Part shown: positions 7,629-15,307 of the stretch, piece after piece | Numbering within the stretch: position 1 is the first letter of the stretch | Layout: each line of letters begins with the position of its first letter | DNA from: Nitrospirota bacterium | Lineage (GTDB): Bacteria; JACPQY01 | Direction: 5' to 3' | Length of the DNA stretch: 38,063 nt | NCBI GenBank assembly: GCA_016180645.1 | Contig: JACPAV010000007.1 | Span: forward strand, 166,888-204,950 | Position numbers and translations under genes: made by a program | The notes under the pieces: model-generated | Told to the model about the DNA's origin: nothing | Database searches by the model: none | Seen by the model: only the letters and a program-made list of their open reading frames with translations

Positions 7629-8801
7629 TCAAGTCCAGATGAGAATATGTTTCTTGCCCCGAGCAGGTACTCTCTGCCGTTCCCGCAGTCCCTCGATGTT
7701 CAGGTGCCCTGCTTTCTGCCATTCCTCAAGCCACATTTTCAGATCGGACCCCCATGTCATCGGTTCGGACAACGCGAGCAGCCATGCCTCGTCGTAGGGC
7801 AAACGGCGCCGTTTCTCCAGGACCCCTAACAAGAGGCGACGCGACTTCTCCAGGTACCGCTCCCTCAATCGGTTGTAGTAGCTGGGGTCGTGCATCTCCT
7901 TGCTGTTGAATAGTTCGGATTGACCTGCCTTCGATATGCGCCGCCGTTGCTGAGCATCGGCGCGGGCCTTCTCCTGGACCTGCATGGCTTTCTTCTCGAC
8001 ATCCTTGAACACCTCGACGCCCTTCACATTCCGGGTTGCATAGATGAGGTGATAGTGGGTTTGGTCCTTTTGCGGATCAAGTACGATTGCCGTACAGGTG
8101 TGGTTGAACCCGCCCGTCCGCTTTACATTGAGAGCGTATTCGCCCACCGCCGCATCGTCTCGATCCTGTCCGGACAATGTTGCAATTGTCTCGCGGAAAT
8201 CTTCCGAGCCGAACATCTTCCTGAAGCTTTCTTTTGTCTCGTACTGTGGCGAATCAATGAATCGCCTTATGGCGCTGGTCATGAAATTGATCAGTACTTC
8301 CCCCGGCCGACATTGAAGGAGGGGGGCAATCGTATCGAGCTCGAACCCCGCCCAGCCGGACGGGTCAATCAGAATGAACGGAAAAGAGTTTTGGCCGCCA
8401 CGCCGGACGAAATCGAGAATTTCTGGGATGGATTGTTCCAGGGCGGCATTTCGGGTCTCGATCGTCGCATAGTCGATGGTTCTTGCGAATTCGTCGAGCC
8501 TCGAATACGCCGTTGGGTCCGCTTCCAAGAAGAAACAGCGGATCGAGACATCCTTCCCACGTTGGGTGTGCGCGTCGCGAGCCTTTCGTAATTCATTCAA
8601 TGCAGTCGCAAAAGAGCTGTCCGCAAACTTGTTCGAGCGGACGTTCCAAGGACCGGAAAAACAATCCACATAAGTGATCGTGTTGCACCAGGAACCGATG
8701 ATGTGCGCGAAACGCTCCAGGTATTTCTGGAGAACAAAATGTTTTACGAATGTTTGTTCGCGCCCAGCATACAATTCATCATTGCTCATCCACTTGCCCA
8801 C
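7629..8801 (-). CDS. three-Cys-motif partner protein TcmP-like (SAM-dependent methyltransferase fold)
   Basis: TFVKHFVLQKYL, YVDCFSGP (SAM-binding-like), FILIDPSG, EVLINFM, YHLIYATRN. Lies next to a DUF5131 gene, the usual pairing. Confidence 0.8.
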   Translation of the reverse strand: MGKWMSNDELYAGREQTFVKHFVLQKYLERFAHIIGSWCNTITYVDCFSGPWNVRSNKFADSSFATALNELRKARDAHTQRGKDVSIRCFFLEADPTAYSRLDEFARTIDYATIETRNAALEQSIPEILDFVRRGGQNSFPFILIDPSGWAGFELDTIAPLLQCRPGEVLINFMTSAIRRFIDSPQYETKESFRKMFGSEDFRETIATLSGQDRDDAAVGEYALNVKRTGGFNHTCTAIVLDPQKDQTHYHLIYATRNVKGVEVFKDVEKKAMQVQEKARADAQQRRRISKAGQSELFNSKEMHDPSYYNRLRERYLEKSRRLLLGVLEKRRRLPYDEAWLLALSEPMTWGSDLKMWLEEWQKAGHLNIEGLRERQRVPARGKKHILIWT

Positions 8802-9595
8802 CTTCGAGCTTCAGCTTCAATCTCCCGCATGGCCTGAAGTCGTTCTTCTTCCACCGGCGATCGCACCGGCGGACGTGTGGGGAATTCGTCATAGGTTTTC
8901 CCATCCAGTCTGCGACCGGCCTCGCTCTTGCGCACGCCGCCCCATTGCTTGAAAAAGAGGGGGATTCCCGCCGCTCGACACTGGCGTCGAATCTTCCGCA
9001 CCCACTCTGCTTTCATCGGCCTGGCGCCCGAACCGCTTTCACCGCCGACAATCACCCAGCCAATACCGCGCAGATTGATTCTTCCCAGATCTTCCAAGAG
9101 GGGCTCGATTGAAAGGAATCGCATTTGAGCGGGCGCGGTTCGCAGGTGGTCTACGCGTGGCAGTCCACGTTTTCGGTTTTCGACGCTCGCGCCCCACCAG
9201 ATATGCTCTTGCCGACCCGCTCCGCGCAACTTTGAGCGCAGCATCGTCACCATTCGTGCAGTGCGCTTGGTAAGAACCTGAAATGTGTGCCAATTGGCCC
9301 GAACCATGACTTGTGCGACGGCGGCAATGTAATCGTCCGGGATGTCCTCGTGGAAGAGGTCGCTCATCGAATTGACGAAAATCATCCGGGGGGTGCTCCA
9401 GCGTAGTGGATCGAAAAGCTTCTCAGGGACCAGGCGAAGCTCGAACCCATCCTCAAAGGGATGGCCGGGTACGCCGCGAAACCGCTCGGCGAAGGTCTCG
9501 GCATAGCAATGGGCGCAACCCGGACTGATCTTGGTGCACCCGCGAACCGGATTCCATGTTGCATCTGTCCACTCAATCTTGGAGTGATCAGCCAC
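8786..9595 (-). CDS. DUF5131 (phage Gp37/Gp68-like) three-Cys protein
   Basis: SKIEWTDATWNPVRGCTKISPGCAHCYA, FVNSMSDLFH, FLSIEPLL, WVIVGGESG, FFKQWGG. Confidence 0.92.
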   Translation of the reverse strand: MADHSKIEWTDATWNPVRGCTKISPGCAHCYAETFAERFRGVPGHPFEDGFELRLVPEKLFDPLRWSTPRMIFVNSMSDLFHEDIPDDYIAAVAQVMVRANWHTFQVLTKRTARMVTMLRSKLRGAGRQEHIWWGASVENRKRGLPRVDHLRTAPAQMRFLSIEPLLEDLGRINLRGIGWVIVGGESGSGARPMKAEWVRKIRRQCRAAGIPLFFKQWGGVRKSEAGRRLDGKTYDEFPTRPPVRSPVEEERLQAMREIEAEARRWASG

Positions 9596-10991
9596 GAGAA
9601 AGCCCTCCTGAAAACGCTTGGTGAAGGATCGACTGGCGGAGGCGGGAGGCGCGGGAGAGATTGGCGGCGACGAGGTTCTCCAGTTCTTCGACCGCGCTCA
9701 ACCGGCGCTCGACCTCGGCGACGATGCGGTGTTGCTCGGGGAGGGGCGGAATGGGAACACAGTCAACTCGTAAATCCTCCAGATGTATATGCTGGAGTCC
9801 CGAACCTTTCGGAACCATTTGTGCTTGGACTTGCGGTGAGGACAGAGAAATGCCCAGGAAGTCGTTCATTTCGTAAAGGACAGGCTTAACCAACGCGACT
9901 GAAACGAAAATGCTGAATTCAGTGTCAGTCTTCACCACCCTGACCACACCGAGCGTGCCGTCTTTAGAAATCAGGATGTCTCCCTGCTCAGGGTTCGCTC
10001 GTTTGATGAACTCCTCATGATCTTTTTGCGTCACATGATTCAGCTTTTTGAAGTCGACACCGGGGCCTGCTGTCAGATTACGTACAGTAACGAACGGCAC
10101 ACCGCTTGAAACGTAATTGGGCTTCTTGTGAACGCCATCGACAACTTTTGTTGATAACGAGTCAACCGAAGCCCATGTCCAGCCCTTGGGAAGCGGCGGG
10201 AGGTTGGAGGTGTCGGGGGGCTTGGGTTCCGTGTAAGCTTTCAGCGGTCGGCCGTCAGCTCTCAGCTTTTTTCCCGACGCTTCACGGCGGGCGGTGAGGA
10301 TGCGTTCGAGGAGTTGGGCGCCGGATTCGAAGGGGCGGCCTTCCTTCCGGGCGAGTTCGGCCTCCGTTGGGACGAGTTTCCCTTCGCAGGCGGCTTTGAG
10401 CACGGCGGCTCGGTAACGCTTCAGATTCTCCTGCACGCGCTTGAGCGCGGCCACCCCCGCGTCCAGCCGCGTGAACTGCTTCTCGATCTCCGCGACGATT
10501 TGAACCTGTTCATTCGCGGGAGCAAGTGGGAAAGTGATTTTGCCAAGCGTTTGCCCGTTGACGTTTGGCTGTCCGATCCCGCGTTTGCCCGTTTCAATTT
10601 GCGTCCAGTAGTCTGGACTTTGAAAGTAAGCATAGAGATAACGAGGTGAGACTTCAGGTGATAGGCGGACACGGATCAGATACGAGGCAAATACAGAAGG
10701 AGGACATTCTCCAATAAGGTAACTTTTCCCGGTCGTCGCGCCGGTCCGCGCAAATACTATGTCACCGGGCAAGAGTCGGTATTTCTGAAAATCTGTTTTC
10801 GAGATGCTGCAAGATGGAACTGAAGACCAGATTACTTTTCCATCTTGAATATCGGTGATGCGAAGAAAACGCGGCCCGTCCCTTCCCTGGATTGCTGATG
10901 CAGTGTACCCATATTGAACGAGGGGAGCCACATCCTTGACACGAACACGTTTCCACAAACGTGAGGTGACTCGGGAACGATCAGATCTCAT
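9588..10991 (-). CDS. hsdS: Type I R-M specificity subunit (two TRDs)
   Basis: TRD1, central conserved helix (PLAPANEQVQIVAEIEKQF...VLKAACEGKL), TRD2, distal conserved helix (PIPPLPEQHRIVAEVERRL...SILHQAFSG). Confidence 0.95.
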   Translation of the reverse strand: MRSDRSRVTSRLWKRVRVKDVAPLVQYGYTASAIQGRDGPRFLRITDIQDGKVIWSSVPSCSISKTDFQKYRLLPGDIVFARTGATTGKSYLIGECPPSVFASYLIRVRLSPEVSPRYLYAYFQSPDYWTQIETGKRGIGQPNVNGQTLGKITFPLAPANEQVQIVAEIEKQFTRLDAGVAALKRVQENLKRYRAAVLKAACEGKLVPTEAELARKEGRPFESGAQLLERILTARREASGKKLRADGRPLKAYTEPKPPDTSNLPPLPKGWTWASVDSLSTKVVDGVHKKPNYVSSGVPFVTVRNLTAGPGVDFKKLNHVTQKDHEEFIKRANPEQGDILISKDGTLGVVRVVKTDTEFSIFVSVALVKPVLYEMNDFLGISLSSPQVQAQMVPKGSGLQHIHLEDLRVDCVPIPPLPEQHRIVAEVERRLSAVEELENLVAANLSRASRLRQSILHQAFSGGLSRG

Positions 10992-11010
10992 TCCGCCAAC
11001 GCCTCGTTGA
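10988..11010 (-). repeat. hsdR 3'-end copy 3 (NEALAE*), stop overlapping the hsdS ATG
   Basis: 22/23 nt identical to hsdR 12411-12433. Confidence 0.85.
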
Positions 11011-11114
11011 AATCGAGCGTAGAGGTCATACCCTCACTATTACCCTTATTTGAGGGCATTACCCTTTTTCGCAGACACACGCCTGCCTGAACCGGCTGTT
11101 CGCGGCCCAAACTG

Positions 11115-11147
11115 AATAGGATCACGAATACGGGCCGTGATCCTATT
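11115..11147. repeat. 12-bp perfect inverted repeat (AATAGGATCACG-N9-CGTGATCCTATT)
   Basis: Read directly from the sequence. Lies just downstream of a Fic 3' remnant; may be a terminator or an operator. Confidence 0.7.
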
Positions 11148-11160
11148 AATCGCTCCCGGA

Positions 11161-11211
11161 TCAGATTCGTTCCCATTTGGCATCCCGTCCTTTTCCCAGG
11201 CACCGAATCCT
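11161..11211 (-). pseudogene. remnant C-terminus of a Fic-family gene
   Basis: Translates RIRCLGKGRDAKWERI*, similar to the end of the neighbouring Fic (GVACLGRGPGTRWTRR). Confidence 0.6.
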
Positions 11212-11249
11212 TCTTGCGCGCCGCGCCTCAGCCAAGTCTCGTTACCTCT

Positions 11250-11306
11250 TCACGCGGCGAGCGCCTCGTTGAGTTCATCCAGCAGCTTCGGAAAAGACTC
11301 GCCGAA
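11250..11306 (-). repeat. hsdR 3'-end copy 2 (FGESFPKLLDELNEALAA*)
   Basis: 50/57 nt identical to hsdR 12411-12467, with a 27-bp perfect core and only one amino-acid change. Confidence 0.95.
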
Positions 11307-11352
11307 GGACGGGCGGGTCTTTCCGAAGCATTCCACGATATTACCCTTATTA

Positions 11353-12414
11353 TTACCCTCTTTTAAGGGTAATACCTCTTCTCGTCCAACGGGTGCCGGG
11401 ACCCCGACCAAGGCACGCCACCCCGCCGCTCTTCTGAAGGGCGCGAAGCACGTGCCGAATCATGTCCCGGCTCACGCCCGGGCAGGCCCGCTCAAGATCG
11501 GTGAGGCTGAAATCCGTGTCGAATCCCCGAATGGCGTCCTCGATAAGGGCCGTCTTTGCTCCCCGAGGCGCCTTGATGTTCCCCACGCGTTCCTCGAATT
11601 CTTTGTAGGCGGTCTTGAGGGTGTAGAGGAGATAATTTGCGAACGGCCAGGGGTCGTGCTTGCCCTCATGCCAACCATGCGAACTTTGTTCAAGGGTCTC
11701 GTAGTAGCGGTCCTTGTTCTGCTCGATGAGGCGCTCCAGGCTGATGTAACGACCCACCTCGTAGCCCAGATGGTAGCACTGAAGCAGGAGGAGAAGTCTT
11801 GAAACGCGGCCGTTGCCATCGCGGAAGGGATGAATGCAGAGAAAATCGAGATTGAAGGCGGCCAGGACGATCAGGGGATGAACCGCACGGTCTCGCATGG
11901 CCGAGCCCCAAGCGTTCACAAGGTCGCGTGTGGAGGCCGGAGTCTTGCCGGCGGGAACCGTCTTGAATCGGACGCGGATACGCCCGCCCGGGTACTTTTC
12001 GATGATGTCGCTGTCCTTTTCCTTGTATTTTCCGGCGTCCCATATTCTTCCCCTGGCCAAACGGTGAAGCTCCCGCACGGCCTTCTCCGTCACCGGCAGC
12101 CTCGATCCCTTCTCATGGATGAGTTTGAGCGCCTCCCGGTAGCCGTGGACTTCCTCCTCGTTGCGATCCCGGAGGACGGGCCTGCCGAGCACCAAAGTGC
12201 GGATTCGCTTCTGATCGACGACAACGCCCTCGATCCGGTTCGAGGAGATCGCGCTTTCGATCAAGGCGTGTTCGCGCAGTACCTTGAGACGCTGAGGAGA
12301 CTGGCGGGTGAAGAGCTCCTGCCTTCCGCGCGATTCGCCGAGTTCGGCGAGGTACCATGCCGTGGCCGTCGGAACGGAATCCATGCCTTTGGCCAGCAGG
12401 CGAAACGTCATCAT
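11353..12414 (-). CDS. Fic-family protein
   Basis: HPFRDGNGRVSR motif, N-terminal SSNRIEG motif, HTH-like C-terminus. The start overlaps the hsdR stop (ATGA). Confidence 0.92.
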   Translation of the reverse strand: MMTFRLLAKGMDSVPTATAWYLAELGESRGRQELFTRQSPQRLKVLREHALIESAISSNRIEGVVVDQKRIRTLVLGRPVLRDRNEEEVHGYREALKLIHEKGSRLPVTEKAVRELHRLARGRIWDAGKYKEKDSDIIEKYPGGRIRVRFKTVPAGKTPASTRDLVNAWGSAMRDRAVHPLIVLAAFNLDFLCIHPFRDGNGRVSRLLLLLQCYHLGYEVGRYISLERLIEQNKDRYYETLEQSSHGWHEGKHDPWPFANYLLYTLKTAYKEFEERVGNIKAPRGAKTALIEDAIRGFDTDFSLTDLERACPGVSRDMIRHVLRALQKSGGVACLGRGPGTRWTRRGITLKRG

Positions 12415-15170
12415 GCCGCCAACGCCTCGTTGAGTTCATCCAGCAGCTTTGGAAACAACTCGCCGAAAAGCTGATGGGCCTTACCCAAGCCTCCGCGCTG
12501 ACTGAAGGGAGAGTAGTCGAAGTCTTGTGCCTCGATGCTGAGGCTCGTGGAGATATGATCTCTGATGAATTCGAGCCACGCAAGCTGCTCGGCGTTGAAC
12601 AACGTCCCCTTCGACGATTTTGACTCCAGCCACGTCTTGAATCGGGTGTGGACGCTCTCGGCAAACGGTTGAAGGATAGGTTGGTGGGCCAAAGAGAAAT
12701 GAACCAATGATACAAGGTCGGCGAACCGGCCCGTTTGCGAACGTCCCCGCACTTTCGTCGGCTCGACGGAAGCAAACGCATCCCATAGACGATCCTCCGT
12801 CCACGCCGCGTGATTTTCCCGGAGTTTCCGTTCCAAATCCTTCAACATGGCCTCCGTCAACCGGTGGCGATAGGGCCGCGAATAGAGGATCTGAAGCGCC
12901 TCGATCTCGGACTTGTGCTGCTCGATGTATTCGCGAAATGACGCTGTGGTCTTCCGAGCGTTAAGATCAGACTGGGGCGTGCCGCCCGCAAAGAGTACGC
13001 GGTCCCGTGAAATCACGTCGATCACTTGGTCCGCCGTCCGATGCACTTTGATCAAGAGTTGCCGCAGATCCGGATTCCCCGCGAGCGGCGCGGCAGCCGC
13101 CTGCGCAAGGCCGTCGGCGGCAGTTTTCAGGGCGGCGGCCGTCGGCTCCTTGTAGCCCGGCGTACTTCCAGCCGCAGCCTCTGCGATTTTGTCCGGATTC
13201 ACGGCATCCAGGAGCCTGCCGGCGATCTCGGACAGGGTCTTCCCTTTCGCGGTCGCCGTCACTTCATCGGCGAGGTGTTCATCAAGCCGCTTTTCCAGTC
13301 GGATGAGACGGCCGGCCAGACTTTCGAGAGAGTCCGCATCCCGTGCCCCGAGGGCAACGGCATCCAGGAGCTTCTCGAATAAAACATTCGGCTTTTTCTC
13401 GAATGGACGAGAATCGGTCTTGTCGCGTTCACAGACCCCGACGGCGTCCACGATCACGAACCGCGATTTTCTCTTGATTCCGGGGTTGACCTGTTCCATT
13501 TCGGTCTGGGAAATGACGCGCACGCCCCGGCCCTTCATCTGCTCGAAAAAACTGCGGGATTTCACGGAGCGCATGAAAAAGACGATTTCCAACGGCTTGA
13601 TGTCGGTTCCCGTCGCGATCATATCGACGGTGACGGCAATGCGAGGAAAGTAGCTGTTCCGGAACGTCTTGATGAGGGTTTTCGGGCTTACGCCGGTGGT
13701 GCGATAGGTGATCTTCTGGCAAAAGTCATTCCCCTTGTCAAAGACTTCGCGGCAGATGCGGACGATGTCCTCCGCGTGGGAGTCGTCCTTCGCGTAGATC
13801 AACGTCTTGGGCACATCCTCCCGGCCCCGAAAGATGTCCGTGAACAACTTTTCCTTGAAGGTTTTCAGCACCGTGCGGATTTGGTCCTCGGCGACCACGT
13901 CCCGGTCGAGTTGTCCGGCCTCGTAGCTCAGATCTTCATCGAGCAGCTCCCACCGTTTCTTTCGCGTCAGTCGGTCGCGCTTGTCGACGTAGAATCCGGC
14001 GTCGATTTTCGATCCCGCGTCCGTGATGTGCGTCCGGATTTGGTAGACGTCGTAGGGCACGTTTACGCCATCCGTTACCGCCTGCTCATGACCGTATTCC
14101 ATCACAAGATTTTGTTTGAAGAATCCGAATGTCTGTTTCGAGGGCGTGGCCGTAAGTCCGATGATCTTGGCGTCGAAATACTCCAAGACCTGCCGCCAAA
14201 GGTGGTAAATCGAGCGATGGCATTCGTCCGTGATGATGAAATCGAACGTCTCGATGGGGAATTTCGGGTTGTATTCGACGGGGACGGGCTCCTTGAATAC
14301 GGATTCCGCCGACTCGATGCCAAGTTCATCCAGATCGGGCGGCGGTTCCGACTCGCCCTTCAACATCGAATAGACCCGCTGGATGGTGCCGATGACCACG
14401 CGGGCCGGGGAGTCGAGGGTGTTGGAGGTCAAATGTTGAACGTTGTACTCCTCTGGGAACTTGTAATTGTTGACCGGGGAAACGAATTGCTGAAATTCTT
14501 TCAGGGTTTGTTCGCCCAGATTGCCCCGATCCACGAGGAAGAGAATGCGGCGCGCGCCGGCATACTTGATCAGGCGATAAACGAAATTGACCGCGGTGAA
14601 AGTCTTGCCTGAGCCGGTGGCCATTTGGATGAGAGCGCGGGGGCGGTTGGCGGCAAAGGATTCTTCCAGTTTCTTGATGGCGCGTATTTGGGCGGACCAA
14701 AGGCCCTTCTCGATCAGTTCGGGCATTTCGCGAAGGCGCTGGTTGAGCTGATTTCCTGCGTTCACCCATTCGAGCAGGGTCTCCGGTCGATGGAATGCAA
14801 ACACAAGGCGGCTGCGCGGCTCCGGATCGAGTCCGTTGGTGAAGTAGGTTTCCGTCCCGGTGCTCTCGTAGGCGAATGGAAGCGGATCCCGCCACGCCTG
14901 CATGCCGGAGGGGACTCCCCTGATGTACTTCCCGGACTGTTCTTCGACCCCGCTGAGGGTGTGCCCTTCTTTCTTGGCCTCGACCGTTCCGATGGCCTTG
15001 CCGTCTACGAACAGGGTGTAGTCGGGCTCTCCCGTCTTCATGGAGAGGTTGCATAGCGCGACGCCCCTGGATGCGGCCAGGTTGGCGGCCGCTTTTTCCT
15101 GTACGACCCACCCACATTGATCCAATAAGCTATCGATGGTGGTTCGAGCTTTGTCTTCAGGAGTTCTCAT
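12411..15170 (-). CDS. hsdR: Type I R-M restriction subunit (EcoEI/EcoAI-like)
   Basis: Nuclease motif PDY...VEAKK, Walker A MATGSGKT, DECHRS, GLTATP, MIATGTD, FEQMKGRG, and an EcoEI-R-like C-terminus ending LDELNEALAA. Confidence 0.95.
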   Translation of the reverse strand: MRTPEDKARTTIDSLLDQCGWVVQEKAAANLAASRGVALCNLSMKTGEPDYTLFVDGKAIGTVEAKKEGHTLSGVEEQSGKYIRGVPSGMQAWRDPLPFAYESTGTETYFTNGLDPEPRSRLVFAFHRPETLLEWVNAGNQLNQRLREMPELIEKGLWSAQIRAIKKLEESFAANRPRALIQMATGSGKTFTAVNFVYRLIKYAGARRILFLVDRGNLGEQTLKEFQQFVSPVNNYKFPEEYNVQHLTSNTLDSPARVVIGTIQRVYSMLKGESEPPPDLDELGIESAESVFKEPVPVEYNPKFPIETFDFIITDECHRSIYHLWRQVLEYFDAKIIGLTATPSKQTFGFFKQNLVMEYGHEQAVTDGVNVPYDVYQIRTHITDAGSKIDAGFYVDKRDRLTRKKRWELLDEDLSYEAGQLDRDVVAEDQIRTVLKTFKEKLFTDIFRGREDVPKTLIYAKDDSHAEDIVRICREVFDKGNDFCQKITYRTTGVSPKTLIKTFRNSYFPRIAVTVDMIATGTDIKPLEIVFFMRSVKSRSFFEQMKGRGVRVISQTEMEQVNPGIKRKSRFVIVDAVGVCERDKTDSRPFEKKPNVLFEKLLDAVALGARDADSLESLAGRLIRLEKRLDEHLADEVTATAKGKTLSEIAGRLLDAVNPDKIAEAAAGSTPGYKEPTAAALKTAADGLAQAAAAPLAGNPDLRQLLIKVHRTADQVIDVISRDRVLFAGGTPQSDLNARKTTASFREYIEQHKSEIEALQILYSRPYRHRLTEAMLKDLERKLRENHAAWTEDRLWDAFASVEPTKVRGRSQTGRFADLVSLVHFSLAHQPILQPFAESVHTRFKTWLESKSSKGTLFNAEQLAWLEFIRDHISTSLSIEAQDFDYSPFSQRGGLGKAHQLFGELFPKLLDELNEALAA

Positions 15171-15307
15171 CGTGGCCGGTATCCTCGCTGCCGAAGGTCA
15201 TGTTTTTCCGTCAATGCGGATTCTATGGGAATCTTGGCAGGGGGACAAGTTGGCGCCCCGCTTGGGGAAGGAGGGGGAATCAGAGGAACGGGCAGGGTGA
15301 AGAGGAA

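Noticed and set aside
7629-9595. Prophage, suggested by the 'phage Gp37/Gp68' family label
   Set aside because: No structural, packaging, lysis or integrase genes are present; the family also occurs outside phages.
3779-9730. hsdS repeats as a phase-variable TRD shufflon
   Set aside because: All copies are direct, none is attached to a silent TRD, and no recombinase is present. Recombination would delete cargo, not change specificity.
3779-9730. Repeats as a CRISPR array or integron attC sites
   Set aside because: Spacing is about 1.6-2.1 kb, the repeats are coding-derived and non-palindromic, and there is no cas or intI gene.
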